This document shows, in pieces, positions 1-15,303 of a DNA stretch of 64,000 nucleotides. Numbering within the stretch: position 1 is the stretch's first letter; each line of letters begins with the position of its first letter. The DNA comes from Escherichia coli (GTDB lineage: Bacteria; Pseudomonadota; Gammaproteobacteria; Enterobacterales; Enterobacteriaceae). The position numbers were made by a program, and so were the translations under genes. The notes under the pieces are model-generated. The model was not told the DNA's origin. It was given only the letters and a program-made list of their open reading frames with translations, and made no database searches. The stretch lies in assembly GCF_011045215.1 (NCBI RefSeq), contig NZ_CP049201.1. The stretch is one strand, 5' to 3'.

Positions 1-399
1 AGATACCGCCGTCAAGTTCGGGACGAATGCGCGTGAGGATCAGCATGGCAAAGGCCAGCAATAAAATGCCAGCGCCAGTAATACCCCAGCCGATGAGCAG
101 TGCTGCCGGGCTGGCAACTGCCGCCATATTTTGCGGCAGACTGAAAACACCCGCGCCCAGCATTGAGCTTAATACCAGCGCGGTGAGTGCGCTCAGTCCC
201 AGTTTCTTTTCCATCGATATCCAGTGATTAAAACGTGATAAGAAGAATAAATATTAGGGCAAAACGCATAAAAATGGAGTTTGCCACTGAAGCGCGGGAT
301 TTTACGAAGAGATGTGTCTGCATGCAATGGTCGCAGGGAAATTTGTGACTAAAAATGCGAAAGGCGGCATCAAGCCGCCTTATAGGAGTAACTGAATAG

Positions 400-1344
400 T
401 TATTTATACAGATCTGCGCTGACGGTCAGGTTATTACCACGTTCCTGCCACTGGCGGGTGATGTGGTAATACTTAGCACCTTTCTTCGCGGCACGTTTCG
501 CAACCTGATAGGAGACTTCGGTCATGTTGCCGTAGTTGCCAGAGAATTTGATGCTGTCGAACGGGACCATCATCGCTGCTGTCGCTTTGTTCAGTTCTTC
601 GACTTTAGTGCCGTCCGGGAGCGTGACGGTGTAACGCCCGCCTTTTGATGACTGGGTTTCAAAGAAGCGACCGACTTCAGAACTTGGTGATGCGGTAGTC
701 GCAACACCCGGGATCTCAACTTTCTTCGCGGCTTCGCCACCGGCAGCCAGAGCTGCACGTCCTGCTTCGGAATCTGCCGGGATCACATCCGGGCTCTGGA
801 CGATACGTTTCTTAGCATCTTTTTTATAGATGAATGCAGTAATACGCTGGTTGCCGCCCTGGTTGGCATCGATTTGACGAACAATGTAGAAAGAGTAGGC
901 ACCTTTCGCTTTTGCCGCTTTGGTGATGGCATCATTGACTTCTGGCTGGCTACGATAGAAGCCCTGGACGGTGACCGTGTCAAACGGTTCAATCAGAACA
1001 GCCTGATCTTTCGGCAGTTCGACAACACCGTTAATTACGCGATTACTTGTTTCTTCTGCTTTTTCAGCATCGGCTTTATAGAGGTCAGCGACCACACGCC
1101 AGTTACCGCTGTTACCAAAATCAGAAGTGTCGACAACATAAAAAGAGGCGGCACCTTCTTTATCTGCGCGACGAGAAACGGCTTTCACCGCTTCGCCAAT
1201 AGCATTAAAACGACCGGTAACCACTACACGGTCAAAAGGTTTAACCGCTGCCGCTTGCTCCGGTGTCAGTTCTGTTGCTGCGTTAACGGAGAATGCCGTA
1301 GCAGAAAGCAGTGCCGACGCCAGGAGGGTGTTCTTAAGCTTCAT
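400..1344 (-). CDS. ydgH: YdgH, periplasmic DUF1471-family protein
   Basis: 314-aa ORF with N-terminal signal peptide (MKLKNTLLASALLSATAFSVNA) and repeated YdgH-type domains; position next to pntA as in E. coli K-12. Confidence 0.85.
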   Translation of the reverse strand: MKLKNTLLASALLSATAFSVNAATELTPEQAAAVKPFDRVVVTGRFNAIGEAVKAVSRRADKEGAASFYVVDTSDFGNSGNWRVVADLYKADAEKAEETSNRVINGVVELPKDQAVLIEPFDTVTVQGFYRSQPEVNDAITKAAKAKGAYSFYIVRQIDANQGGNQRITAFIYKKDAKKRIVQSPDVIPADSEAGRAALAAGGEAAKKVEIPGVATTASPSSEVGRFFETQSSKGGRYTVTLPDGTKVEELNKATAAMMVPFDSIKFSGNYGNMTEVSYQVAKRAAKKGAKYYHITRQWQERGNNLTVSADLYK

Positions 1345-1804
1345 AAAAATAATCCTTCGCCTTGCGCAAACCAGGTACTGGTATTGTTATTAACGAGAAA
1401 CGTGGCTGATTATTGCATTTAAACGGTGTAACTGTCTGCGTCATTTTTCATATCAGATTCCTTAAGCCAATTTTAATCCTGCCCAAATGACCGTCTATGC
1501 TTAAAAAACAGCCGTATCAGCATCAATACTACTGAAGCAACTGAATTGTATAAGTTAATTTAATGTTAAGTAGTGATTCGTGCCGGGGCGATGTCTCGTT
1601 TTACCTGACCGTCGAAGACAATTATCAGTCTTTATCCAGCGTTCTAAGGTGTTTATCCCACTATCACGGCTGAATCGTTAATATTTTGCGAGTTCACGCC
1701 GAAATACTGATTTTTGGCGCTAGATCACAGGCATAATTTTCAGTACGTTATAGGGCGTTTGTTACTAATTTATTTTAACGGAGTAACATTTAGCTCGTAC
1801 ATGA

Positions 1805-3400
<1,596 letters not shown>

Positions 3401-3407
3401 GGGGTAA

Positions 3408-4799
<1,392 letters not shown>

Positions 4800-4805
4800 C
4801 CCTGA

Positions 4806-4823
4806 CGGCCTCTGCGGAGGCCG
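4806..4823. terminator. hairpin between convergent pntB and tqsA
   Basis: inverted repeat cggcctc/gaggccg with 4-nt loop in the 24-bp convergent gap; weak T-run. Confidence 0.45.
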
Positions 4824-5858
4824 TCACTCTTTATTGAGATCGCTTAACAGAACGGCGATGCTTTGACCTCCCGCTGTTTGTTCAAGCGCAATTTTGACAA
4901 TAATTGTCAACGGCACGGAAAGCAGCATACCCACCGGTCCTAACAACCATCCCCAAAAAATCAACGACAAAAATACCACCAATGTCGAAAGCCCCAGCCC
5001 ACGTCCCATGATGCGCGGCTCCAGAATATTGCCGAAGACCAGATTAATCAGCAGATATCCCGCCAGCACCAGCAACGCTTCGTAGAAGCCATTAAACACC
5101 AGTACCTGAGCGATAGGGGGGATTGCCGCGAGAACTGAACCAATATTAGGGATGTAATTAAGCGCAAAGGCCAGCAATCCCCAGACAAAAGCGAAGCGAA
5201 CATCGAGTGCGGCGAGCATCGCCCAGGCGACCAGGCCGGTGATGATGCTGATGGCTGTTTTCAGCACCAGATAATGAGACACACTGTCAATCGCGCGTTG
5301 AATCGCCGCCATCCCTTCAACCGGACGCGCCATCATTTGCTGAAATTTTCCGGGCAATTGTGGCACTTCGAGCAGCATAAACAGCACCGTCAGCAGCAAT
5401 AAAAATATTGATGACATGGCATTAGATAACTGCGTCAATAAGTTGGTGAGCAACGTCATCGCCGCGTTCGGATCAATGTAATGCGCCAGTTGGTCAACTG
5501 AGACGTCAATCCCTACGCGTTGCAACAACGGCTCAAGAGCTTGCAGCGGCGTCATAATAGAGTTGCGATATTGTGGTAACGTCCGCGTCAACTCGTTGAG
5601 CGCGGAACCCAGATAAGCTAACAGCAACACCATAGCCATCACGATGATGGTCATCAAAATCGACACCGCCAGTACACGCGGCACTCGCCAGCGGACCATG
5701 TGTTGCACCAGCGGGTTAAGAATAACAGCAATAAATAATGCGAGAATAAACGGCACGATGATCTCGGCGGCAAAACGGATACCGCAGAGAATAATGACCA
5801 GCATTCCCAACATAATGACGATTTTTAGGCCATTGAGCGTGATGATCGGCTTTGCCAT
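4824..5858 (-). CDS. tqsA: AI-2 exporter family membrane protein TqsA (YdgG)
   Basis: 344-aa polytopic membrane protein; conserved position between pntB and mdtJ. Confidence 0.88.
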
Positions 5859-6266
5859 GCTTGTCCCCGTTTTTTCTTCCTTTGCTAATAATGTCTTTTT
5901 CGCTCCGTCATCATAACGAAAATCAAACCGCTCAGGTAAAGAAGTGAAAATATTTTGAGTTAATTCTTAAGCTATGATACAAATCAGGCGTGTTCAACTA
6001 CCGAGGACAATTATCATCCGCGATGACGAGAAGCAACACTGCGGATAATTGTAATATTATGGACAATTTGTTCAGGACGTTATTTTCTACATTTACCCAT
6101 CTTCGTACCTCATCCACTATCTTGCTCGTAGGTGAGCAGCACTGGCGCAACGCGCTTTAGTCCTTTCTTCTGCCAAAGCTTGCCCTATACGCGGGGCTTG
6201 ACCACTTTACTTTGGTTTCGCTGAATTAAGCGAAAATTAGAATAATTCTCTTGCAGGAGAAGGACA

Positions 6267-6632
6267 ATGTATATTTATTGGGTTTTATTAGGTCTGGCTA
6301 TTGCTACAGAAATTACCGGTACGCTGTCCATGAAATGGGCGAGCGTCAGTGAGGGAAATGGCGGCTTTATTTTAATGCTGGTGATGATTTCTCTGTCGTA
6401 TATATTTCTCTCTTTCGCCGTTAAAAAAATCGCCTTAGGCGTGGCTTATGCACTGTGGGAAGGTATCGGTATTTTATTTATTACCTTGTTTAGCGTTTTG
6501 TTATTCGACGAAAGTTTATCGCTGATGAAAATTGCCGGGTTAACCACCCTGGTCGCCGGGATAGTGTTGATCAAATCAGGTACCCGTAAAGCGCGTAAAC
6601 CTGAACTGGAGGTGAACCATGGCGCAGTTTGA
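6267..6632 (+). CDS. mdtJ: SMR-family spermidine exporter subunit MdtJ
   Basis: 121-aa 4-TM small multidrug resistance fold; overlaps mdtI start. Confidence 0.9.
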
Positions 6633-6948
6633 ATGGGTTCACGCCGCCTGGCTGGCATTGGCAATCGTGCTGGAAATCGTTGCTAACGTCTTTTTGAAAT
6701 TTTCTGACGGCTTTCGTCGCAAAATATTTGGCTTGCTCTCCCTGGCGGCGGTGCTGGCTGCCTTTAGTGCGCTTTCTCAGGCCGTTAAAGGGATCGACTT
6801 GTCTGTCGCTTATGCATTGTGGGGCGGGTTTGGTATTGCCGCCACGTTAGCCGCAGGTTGGATCTTGTTTGGTCAACGGTTAAATCGTAAAGGCTGGATT
6901 GGCCTGGTCTTGCTGTTGGCTGGAATGATCATGGTGAAACTTGCCTGA
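6619..6948 (+). CDS. mdtI: SMR-family spermidine exporter subunit MdtI
   Basis: 109-aa 4-TM SMR protein translationally coupled to mdtJ. Confidence 0.9.
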
Positions 6949-6954
6949 TGAAGA

Positions 6955-6982
6955 CGCTGCCCGCGCTGTCGGGCAGCGTTTG
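6955..6982. terminator. rho-independent terminator, mdtI/ydgD convergent gap
   Basis: 10-bp stem acgctgcccg/cgggcagcgt with 6-nt loop followed by ttt. Confidence 0.6.
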
Positions 6983-6986
6983 AACA

Positions 6987-7808
6987 TTATTTTTGCGACA
7001 GTTGATCCAGCTTGTCGCGAAAACCGGTAACAGAAATGGCCCGGTTATCGGCGCGCCAGCGATCTTTCGCGGCAGGAGCCGAACTTTGCACCCCAATTAA
7101 TTGCCAGCCGTCATCGGTATGCAACATCAGAGGCGAACCGCTGTCACCCGGCAAGGTATCGCACTGATGTGACATCACCGACGTTTGCGCCCAGCCAGTC
7201 ACTTCACAGTTTTGATGACTGTACAACGTATCGAGATGATCTTCAGGGTATCCTGCCTGAGTCACTTTACGACCTGCCGCTTTTAATGCGGCGGTAAGCG
7301 CGGCTTTATCTCCCTCAAATAACGGCAACGGCGTAATGCCAGAAGGGGGATTACGTAGCACAATCAATCCGAAGTCCCACGGCGCGGCTGCGGGAGGTAC
7401 AATCCAACCATCCCCATCTGCTTTTAACCGCTTTCCCAGTGTCGGATCAACGCGGCCTTCTATGTCGTGGATGTCATAGCGCCAAAGACCTTTATTTGAC
7501 ACAAAACGCAGCGCCACTGCTTTATCGGCTTTACCCTTTGGAGGTGTCAATAAACAGTGTCCTGCCGTTAATGCCAGATTGGGTGCAATCAGCGTCGCCG
7601 TACATAAATTGCCGCTGGCCGTTTCCAGTTGCCCAACCGCATCCCACGGTGATTGGGTCGTGTCATTCACTGGCACACGATCATCATGACCAAAAAACAG
7701 GGTGCTGACCTCATCGTTTGCCGATTTGGCAATGTCTGGTTTATCTGCAAACACAAAAGCAGACGTCAAACTAATTGCACCCAACACTACAGCAATGGTT
7801 GTACGCAT
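6987..7808 (-). CDS. ydgD: trypsin-like serine protease YdgD
   Basis: 273 aa with signal peptide and catalytic motifs TAGHC and GDSGSPL. Confidence 0.88.
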   Translation of the reverse strand: MRTTIAVVLGAISLTSAFVFADKPDIAKSANDEVSTLFFGHDDRVPVNDTTQSPWDAVGQLETASGNLCTATLIAPNLALTAGHCLLTPPKGKADKAVALRFVSNKGLWRYDIHDIEGRVDPTLGKRLKADGDGWIVPPAAAPWDFGLIVLRNPPSGITPLPLFEGDKAALTAALKAAGRKVTQAGYPEDHLDTLYSHQNCEVTGWAQTSVMSHQCDTLPGDSGSPLMLHTDDGWQLIGVQSSAPAAKDRWRADNRAISVTGFRDKLDQLSQK

Positions 7809-8083
7809 ATCACACTCTGGTGGGTAATTATGATTATTAAAAGCAAACCCTCATAAATACTATAGACGGGACGGGATGAAAGTGGGAGTAAAATCAGATA
7901 ACTACAGTCAGGAAAGATAAAAACGGGCGGCAATCAGTGCGCATAAAATAAGGATGATCAGAATGAACTCAAAGCGATAACGGCCCACCATACTACCCTC
8001 CGCTAAAGGCGGTGCTAAACGTTACCCGCTTAGCACCGTAATTTTCAGGCGCGAGGGGGCGCGCCAGCATTACTGTTGAAAAC

Positions 8084-8392
8084 TTACGCTGCGGGTTGTG
8101 CAGCAGGTTTTGCCGGTTGCTGATGGCTGTGTTTCTTGGCGTGTTTCTTCGCTGCCTGCGCTTTTTGTTCAGGGGCTTTCTGTTCAGCTTTCGTATTTTT
8201 ATGATGCTTTTTAGCCGCCTGCGCTTTCTGGGCAGGTGCTGCTTTATGCTGTTTTTTATGATGTGTAGTTTTCGCCGGCGCTGCTTTGGTGGTCGTCGCA
8301 GTCGGAGCAGGTGTGGTCGCAGTCTCTGCAGCAAAGGCGGCAGAAGACAGACCCATAGCAGCGGCAACAACCAGAGCTAATACTTTTTTCAT
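8084..8392 (-). CDS. asr: acid shock protein Asr
   Basis: 102-aa product from the internal ATG with GAGGG RBS; signal peptide then low-complexity Lys/Ala/His-rich repeats. Confidence 0.85.
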   Translation of the reverse strand: MKKVLALVVAAAMGLSSAAFAAETATTPAPTATTTKAAPAKTTHHKKQHKAAPAQKAQAAKKHHKNTKAEQKAPEQKAQAAKKHAKKHSHQQPAKPAAQPAA

Positions 8393-8815
8393 TGTCATAC
8401 CCTCAATTTGTTTTTTCATTTAACCCCACTGCGGGGCCGTTGAAATAACTATATCCCTGGGAATGGCAGACTTCCGTGAGTGGTTGGTTTCAGCGTGTAA
8501 CGATATGTACAAACGCTGAATAAATTACAGCGTTGATAATAACGTATTGTGACTTAAGGGAAATTTAGCTACCAATAATAGTAGTCTTGATCGGGTTAAC
8601 TATTTTACTACTTACAAAGCGGTAGAATAACTGCGCATCAGTAATAAATGACACACAGCAAAATGAATCCGTTTATTTGGGTACTTATAATCCTGATGAC
8701 GCTAGACGCGCTGCGGGAATTGGCTGGCGCTTCGTCTATTTTAGGATGGCTATTAACGTTGGTTTGAGCAGGCAATAAGTCCGGACGGGTATTTACCGCA
8801 GTCCGGACTTATTTT

Positions 8816-10069
8816 TCAGGCGTGCAGACGACGATGCAAACGCGTCCCGACCAGCAGAGCAATGACCAGCATCAGAGCAATAAATGCGCCGACGCCGTTC
8901 CAGCCATAGTTATGCCAGAAAACACCACCCAGCGTCCCGGCAATACTCGACCCCAGATAGTAACTGAACAGATACAGCGAGGAGGCCTGGCCTTTAGCGC
9001 GTTTTGCGCGGGGGCCGATCCAGCTGCTGGCTACTGAGTGGGCTGCGAAGAATCCGGCTGAGAAGAGTAACATTCCGGCAAAGATCAGCCACAGCGAGCT
9101 GAATAAGGTCATCAGTAAACCAAACAGCATAACCCCCGTCGAAAACAACATCACTGGACCACGCCCATAGCGGGTGGTCATGGTTCCGGCTTTGGGTGAG
9201 CTCCATGTACCGGTCAAATAAGCCAGCGATAATAAGCCAACCACGGCCTGACTGACATGCCAGGGGGAGAGCATCAACCGATAGCCGATGTAATTAAACA
9301 GCGTGACGAACGACCCCATCAGCAAAAAGCCTTCTGCGAACAATAACGGTAATCCCCGGTCACGCCAGTGCAGACGAAAGTTGATAAACAACGACTTAGG
9401 TCGCAGCGAAGTCGGGCGAAAATGGCGTGATTCCGGGAGGATTTTCCAGAACATCAACGCCGAGGCTAGCGCGAAACAACCGATTGCCGCCAGCGCAATT
9501 CGCCAGTTGAAAAAGTCCGTGAAGACACCGCTAATTAAGCGTCCGCTCATGCCGCCAATTGAGTTGCCGCTGATATACAACCCCATCGAAAAGGCCACGA
9601 AACTGGGGTGGATTTCCTCGCTAAGATAAGTCATGCCAACAGCTGCCACGCCACTTAACGAAAGCCCAATCAAGGCGCGCATAATCAAAATGCCGTGCCA
9701 GCTGGTCATCATTGTCGAAAGTAACGTACAAATGGAGGCCAACAGTAGCGCCGTGACCATCACTGGTTTGCGACCAATGGCATCGGATAGCGGACCAGTA
9801 AACAGCAAACCGATAGCCAACATCGCCGTGGAAATGGACAGTGAAATACTACTGTTCGCGGGCGTTAAGCCAAACTCCTGCGAAAGCACCGGAAGGATAG
9901 GCTGCACACAATAGAGAAGTGCAAATGTTGCCAGTCCGGCAGAGAACAGCGCCAGGGTGACGCGCATAAATTGCGGCGTACCGCGTTTAATAAATTGATT
10001 TGGCTGAGAAATGCTTTGCTTGTCAGTGTCGCTTGCCGGAGCGCCATCAACAGTTGTAGTACGGCTCAC
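8816..10069 (-). CDS. ynfM: MFS transporter YnfM
   Basis: 417-aa 12-TM major facilitator protein divergent from the LysR gene ynfL. Confidence 0.88.
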   Translation of the reverse strand: MSRTTTVDGAPASDTDKQSISQPNQFIKRGTPQFMRVTLALFSAGLATFALLYCVQPILPVLSQEFGLTPANSSISLSISTAMLAIGLLFTGPLSDAIGRKPVMVTALLLASICTLLSTMMTSWHGILIMRALIGLSLSGVAAVGMTYLSEEIHPSFVAFSMGLYISGNSIGGMSGRLISGVFTDFFNWRIALAAIGCFALASALMFWKILPESRHFRPTSLRPKSLFINFRLHWRDRGLPLLFAEGFLLMGSFVTLFNYIGYRLMLSPWHVSQAVVGLLSLAYLTGTWSSPKAGTMTTRYGRGPVMLFSTGVMLFGLLMTLFSSLWLIFAGMLLFSAGFFAAHSVASSWIGPRAKRAKGQASSLYLFSYYLGSSIAGTLGGVFWHNYGWNGVGAFIALMLVIALLVGTRLHRRLHA

Positions 10070-10175
10070 TTGAAATCCTTGCTAAATATGCCTGTGGATC
10101 AGGCTTATACATAGGGTAGGAAAATCGAATTGTTCTGTCTAATATATTAATAATCTCAAATAAGATGTTTTAAAT

Positions 10176-11069
10176 ATGAATATTGAACTTCGTCATCTGC
10201 GTTACTTTGTTGCTGTTGCGGAAGAGCTGCATTTCGGGCGCGCCGCTGCCCGCCTGAATATTTCGCAACCGCCGCTAAGTCAGCAGATTCAGGCGCTGGA
10301 GCAACAAATTGGTGCCCGACTGCTGGCACGAACCAATCGCAGTGTATTGCTGACGGCAGCAGGAAAACAGTTTCTTGCAGATAGTCGGCAAATCCTGTCT
10401 ATGGTGGATGACGCTGCCGCTCGCGCTGAAAGGCTGCATCAGGGTGAAGCGGGGGAGTTGCGTATTGGTTTTACTTCGTCCGCTCCTTTTATTCGGGCGG
10501 TGTCTGATACGTTATCGCTGTTTCGCCGTGATTATCCTGATGTCCATTTACAAACCCGCGAAATGAACACTCGCGAGCAAATCGCTCCGCTCATTGAAGG
10601 AACGCTGGATATGGGATTGCTGCGTAACACAGCGTTACCGGAGACGCTTGAACACGCAGTCATCGTCCATGAACCGCTTATGGCGATGATCCCGCACGAT
10701 CATCCCCTGGCAAATAATTCGAGTGTAACACTGGCTGAACTGGCTAAAGAACCCTTTGTCTTTTTTGATCCGCACGTCGGGACAGGGCTGTATGACGATA
10801 TTCTCGGGCTGATGCGACGTTACCATTTGACGCCCGTCATCACTCAGGAGGTGGGCGAGGCAATGACCATCATCGGTCTGGTTTCCGCCGGTCTGGGTGT
10901 TTCAATTTTGCCTGCGTCATTTAAACGTGTTCAGCTCAACGAAATGCGCTGGGTGCCGATTGCTGAAGAGGATGCGGTTTCTGAAATGTGGTTGGTCTGG
11001 CCGAAGCATCATGAACAAAGTCCAGCTGCGCGTAACTTTCGTATTCATCTGCTGAATGCTCTCAGGTGA
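10176..11069 (+). CDS. ynfL: LysR-family transcriptional regulator YnfL
   Basis: 297 aa with N-terminal LysR HTH (LRYFVAVAEELHFGRAAARLNISQPPLSQQI). Confidence 0.9.
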   Translation: MNIELRHLRYFVAVAEELHFGRAAARLNISQPPLSQQIQALEQQIGARLLARTNRSVLLTAAGKQFLADSRQILSMVDDAAARAERLHQGEAGELRIGFTSSAPFIRAVSDTLSLFRRDYPDVHLQTREMNTREQIAPLIEGTLDMGLLRNTALPETLEHAVIVHEPLMAMIPHDHPLANNSSVTLAELAKEPFVFFDPHVGTGLYDDILGLMRRYHLTPVITQEVGEAMTIIGLVSAGLGVSILPASFKRVQLNEMRWVPIAEEDAVSEMWLVWPKHHEQSPAARNFRIHLLNALR

Positions 11070-11203
11070 GGGAAATTTCAGCGAAAAAGCCCGAAAAATG
11101 TGCTGTTAATCACATGCCTAAGTAAAAATTTGACGACACGTATTGAAGTGCTTCACCATAGCCTACAGATTATTTCGGAGCGCGAAAATATAGGGAGTAT
11201 GCG

Positions 11204-12424
11204 GTGGTTGCTGAAAACCAGCCTGGGCACATTGATCAAATAAAGCAGACCAACGCGGGCGCGGTTTATCGCCTGATTGATCAGCTTGGTCCAGTCTCGC
11301 GTATCGATCTTTCCCGTCTGGCGCAGCTGGCTCCTGCCAGTATCACTAAAATTGTCCGTGAGATGCTCGAAGCACACCTGGTGCAAGAGCTGGAAATCAA
11401 AGAAGCGGGGAACCGTGGCCGTCCGGCGGTGGGGCTGGTGGTTGAAACTGAAGCCTGGCACTATCTTTCTCTGCGCATTAGTCGCGGGGAGATTTTCCTT
11501 GCTCTGCGCGATCTGAGCAGCAAACTGGTGGTGGAAGAGTCGCAGGAACTGGCGTTAAAAGATGACTCGCCATTGCTGGATCGTATCATTTCCCATATCG
11601 ATCAGTTTTTTATCCGCCACCAGAAAAAACTTGAGCGTCTAACTTCGATTGCCATAACCCTGCCGGGAATTATTGATACGGAAAATGGCATTGTACATCG
11701 CATGCCGTTCTACGAGGATGTAAAAGAGATGCCGCTCGGCGAGGCTCTGGAGCAGCATACCGGCGTTCCGGTTTATATACAGCATGATATCAGCGCATGG
11801 ACGATGGCAGAGGCCTTGTTTGGTGCCTCACGCGGGGCGCGCGATGTGATTCAGGTGGTTATCGATCACAACGTGGGGGCGGGCGTCATTACCGATGGTC
11901 ATCTGCTACACGCAGGCAGCAGTAGCCTCGTGGAAATAGGTCACACACAGGTAGACCCATATGGTAAACGCTGTTATTGCGGGAACCACGGCTGCCTCGA
12001 AACCATCGCCAGTGTGGACAGTATTCTTGAGCTGGCACAGCTGCGTCTCAATCAATCCATGAGCTCGATGTTACATGGGCAACCGTTAACCGTGGACTCA
12101 TTGTGTCAGGCGGCATTGCGCGGCGATCTGCTGGCAAAAGACATCATTACCGGGGTGGGCGCGCATGTAGGGCGCATTCTTGCCATCATGGTGAATTTAT
12201 TTAACCCACAAAAAATACTGATTGGCTCACCGTTAAGTAAAGCGGCAGATATCCTCTTCCCGGTCATCTCAGACAGCATCCGTCAGCAGGCCCTTCCTGC
12301 GTATAGTCAGCACATTAGCGTTGAGAGTACTCAGTTTTCTAACCAGGGCACGATGGCAGGGGCTGCGCTGGTAAAAGACGCGATGTATAACGGTTCTTTG
12401 TTGATTCGTCTGTTGCAGGGTTAA
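11204..12424 (+). CDS. mlc: ROK-family global repressor Mlc (DgsA)
   Basis: 406 aa from a GTG start (MVAENQPGH...); ROK zinc motif CYCGNHGCLE. Confidence 0.92.
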   Translation: MVAENQPGHIDQIKQTNAGAVYRLIDQLGPVSRIDLSRLAQLAPASITKIVREMLEAHLVQELEIKEAGNRGRPAVGLVVETEAWHYLSLRISRGEIFLALRDLSSKLVVEESQELALKDDSPLLDRIISHIDQFFIRHQKKLERLTSIAITLPGIIDTENGIVHRMPFYEDVKEMPLGEALEQHTGVPVYIQHDISAWTMAEALFGASRGARDVIQVVIDHNVGAGVITDGHLLHAGSSSLVEIGHTQVDPYGKRCYCGNHGCLETIASVDSILELAQLRLNQSMSSMLHGQPLTVDSLCQAALRGDLLAKDIITGVGAHVGRILAIMVNLFNPQKILIGSPLSKAADILFPVISDSIRQQALPAYSQHISVESTQFSNQGTMAGAALVKDAMYNGSLLIRLLQG

Positions 12425-12548
12425 CATTTTTTAACTGTTCTACCAAAATTTGCGCTATCTCAATTTGGGCCAGGAAAGCATAACTTAGACTTTCAAGGTT
12501 AATTATTTTCCTGGTTTATATTTGTGAAGCATAACGGTGGAGTTAGTG

Positions 12549-13244
12549 ATGCTGAAGCGTTTCTTTATTACCGGTACAGACACTTCTGTAGGGAAAACGG
12601 TGGTTTCCCGCGCATTGCTACAAGCGTTAGCCTCCCAGGGAAAAACGGTTGCGGGATATAAACCCGTAGCGAAGGGGAGCAAAGAGACACCCGAAGGGCT
12701 GCGTAATAAAGATGCCCTGGTGTTGCAGAGTGTTTCAACCATCGAACTGCCTTATGAAGCAGTTAATCCTATCGCGTTAAGCGAAGAAGAAAGTAGCGTG
12801 GCGCACAGTTGCCCAATCAATTACACCCTCATTTCAAACGGCCTGGCAAACCTGACCGAAAAAGTCGATCATGTCGTGGTAGAAGGGACTGGCGGCTGGC
12901 GCAGTCTGATGAATGATTTGCGTCCACTCTCTGAATGGGTGGTGCAGGAACAACTGCCGGTGTTGATGGTTGTCGGTATTCAGGAAGGTTGCATTAACCA
13001 TGCACTGCTAACAGCTCAGGCGATTGCCAACGACGGGCTGCCGCTCATTGGCTGGGTGGCTAACCGAATCAACCCAGGACTGGCGCATTATGCGGAAATC
13101 ATTGATGTGCTCGGTAAAAAACTTCCGGCACCGCTCATTGGTGAACTGCCTTATCTGCCGCGCGCCGAACAGCGTGAACTGGGGCAATACATCCGCTTAG
13201 CTATGCTGCGCAGTGTGCTGGCGGTAGATAGAGTCACGGTGTAA
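12549..13244 (+). CDS. bioD2: dethiobiotin synthetase paralogue BioD2 (YnfK)
   Basis: 231 aa; P-loop GTDTSVGKT characteristic of dethiobiotin synthetase. Confidence 0.88.
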
Positions 13245-14453
13245 CATCCGCGAGATTACCGACGCAATTACGCAGGCAATCAATAAACCGGGGAGTAGCT
13301 GATACTCCCCGGTCATTTCACATATCATCAACGTCGACATAATCGGTGCGTGCGTGGTTGCCGCCAACAGTGTCGCCATCCCGGTCAATCCGAGTAAAAG
13401 CGTAATTTCTTCGCCGTCAGGGAACCATAATCCCAGGCTACGACCATACAACATGCCAATGGCAAGACCGATAAATAGCGTCGGTGTAAAGACACCACCG
13501 GGCGCGCCGGAACCGCTACTCGCCAGCACGGCACACAGTTTACAAAGGAAGATCCCGGCAATGATCATTAACAGTGGCGGGGCGGTTAAAAAGGATTGTA
13601 CGGTGCTATAGCCGTTGCCCCACACTGCAGGTGTGAACAGGGAAAGCAGACCCACGATCAACCCGCCTAGTGCCAGTTGCCAGGGCGGTGCAAGTTTGAG
13701 ACTCACAAATCCACGATGACAGGCGTTCATTAACGTTAACAACAGTGGTCCGCACAGACCTGCCAGCACACCTGTACTGATAATCAGCGCATAGTCACGA
13801 GCCTGAACCGTCACTGAGAGTTGTACGCTGTAGAGTAACGCGTCGCTATGATTAATCAGATTGCTAACCAGCAATGCCACGACGGCGGAAATAATCACCG
13901 GGCCGAGAGAGGCCAACATCATAGTGCCAAACAGCACTTCGGCTATAAATAAACTGCCAGCAAGCGGGGCACGATAGGCCGCAGCCATTCCCGCCGCGGC
14001 CCCACAGGCGATCCATAATTTCCACTCCTGGCGTGGCGTAAAACGTTGGGCAAAACAGGAGGCGGCAAGGACAGCTAAAAGAATCATCGCACCTTCGCGA
14101 CCAATTGCACTGCCGCTGGTTACTACCAGCAGAGAGGCAAGCGATTTAACCAGGCTTGCTGCGTAATCAAACTGACCCTCGGTTTGCAACGCTTCCATAT
14201 AATCGGTCGGCGCATGAGGGCGTTGCTGGGTAAATTTCTGCCAGCCCATCAGCAACAAACCCGCCGCCAGTCCGCCGAGCGCCGGAGTTAGCAGCCGTCG
14301 CCAGGGGGAAAGGTTTGTCGCTGCATTGACCAGACTGCCGGAGTCATTATTGAGGAACAACCACTCCAGTAGCAGCATCGTATGACGAAACCCGGCAACG
14401 GCAAAGGCCGCGAGAATACCGACGACTGTTGCGATAAGCAGACGGCGGAACAT
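13197..14453 (-). CDS. clcB: voltage-gated ClC chloride channel ClcB
   Basis: 418-aa ClC fold with GREGA and GxFxP motifs; start at internal ATG ([10 protein letters not shown]...). Confidence 0.88.
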   Translation of the reverse strand: MFRRLLIATVVGILAAFAVAGFRHTMLLLEWLFLNNDSGSLVNAATNLSPWRRLLTPALGGLAAGLLLMGWQKFTQQRPHAPTDYMEALQTEGQFDYAASLVKSLASLLVVTSGSAIGREGAMILLAVLAASCFAQRFTPRQEWKLWIACGAAAGMAAAYRAPLAGSLFIAEVLFGTMMLASLGPVIISAVVALLVSNLINHSDALLYSVQLSVTVQARDYALIISTGVLAGLCGPLLLTLMNACHRGFVSLKLAPPWQLALGGLIVGLLSLFTPAVWGNGYSTVQSFLTAPPLLMIIAGIFLCKLCAVLASSGSGAPGGVFTPTLFIGLAIGMLYGRSLGLWFPDGEEITLLLGLTGMATLLAATTHAPIMSTLMICEMTGEYQLLPGLLIACVIASVISRMLHRDSIYRQHTAQHS

Positions 14454-14646
14454 AGTGCGCAGATCCGGATAGGTGTGTAGATGATGCATGAGCAGAAATG
14501 GGCAATGAAACACGGGCGACTATTTTGCGGCAAAAGAGGCCAGCTGCAAAAGCAGTGCGTGCTTTAAGAGATAAAAAACGTGACACTGTAACCTATTATT
14601 GCCGAATTGCGCGTAATCGCCACTATCCGGCAATATTACGGTGATC

Positions 14647-15261
14647 CTATCGAAAGAGTGGTTTAACCGCGACAGGAATCAACAGTTGTGATTGCCATTG
14701 CGCCAGCGTTAAGCGAGCCAGTTCACCCAGTGCACGGTAGAAAGGGTGTTCTGCTTTTTCGATAAAAACGTCAAGAAAACGTGTTGACCACGGAAAAAGG
14801 TGCCATGCCAGCAATTCTTCGCATTCTGTCTGGCGACCATTCTCCGCCAACCACGCAGCCATCAACAGCAGTGAACCAAAATGATCTTCCGGTTCGTTTT
14901 GCTTCATTTCAAACTGAATGCCTTTCTCGCGCATCCACTGACGAAGTGCCAATGTTGAATCGCCAAACAGCACAGATTCGCGATCCAGCCAGACCGATCC
15001 CCACGGCGGAGACGGCAGTGCCCACGGGCCGACAAACAAACGCTGCCAGGCCTGGGCGTGAGTCTCTTCACACTGTGTCTGAAAAGCCGTCACCAGCGGC
15101 GCTAATGACGCTTCTGGTAGAGGCCACTGAGTTTCCCAGCCGTCACGGGTGAGTACCGCAACCAGAGGTGCGGCTTCCGCACTCTCTGGAGCGTAATAAA
15201 ACAGCGCGCCCAACACGCGCGCCGCGACAGAAAAATTATCTTGCTGTGAAAAATGGGTCAT
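14647..15261 (-). CDS. dmsD: Tat proofreading chaperone DmsD
   Basis: 204 aa TorD/DmsD family, adjacent to the ynfEFGH DMSO-reductase-like operon. Confidence 0.88.
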   Translation of the reverse strand: MTHFSQQDNFSVAARVLGALFYYAPESAEAAPLVAVLTRDGWETQWPLPEASLAPLVTAFQTQCEETHAQAWQRLFVGPWALPSPPWGSVWLDRESVLFGDSTLALRQWMREKGIQFEMKQNEPEDHFGSLLLMAAWLAENGRQTECEELLAWHLFPWSTRFLDVFIEKAEHPFYRALGELARLTLAQWQSQLLIPVAVKPLFR

Positions 15262-15303
15262 TCCTAACATCCTGAAATGTGCGGGTTGCCCCGCACCAAT
15301 TTG

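Noticed and set aside
7993-8380. Arg/Lys/Leu-rich ORFs on both strands over asr
   Set aside because: Frame artefacts of the low-complexity repetitive asr coding sequence
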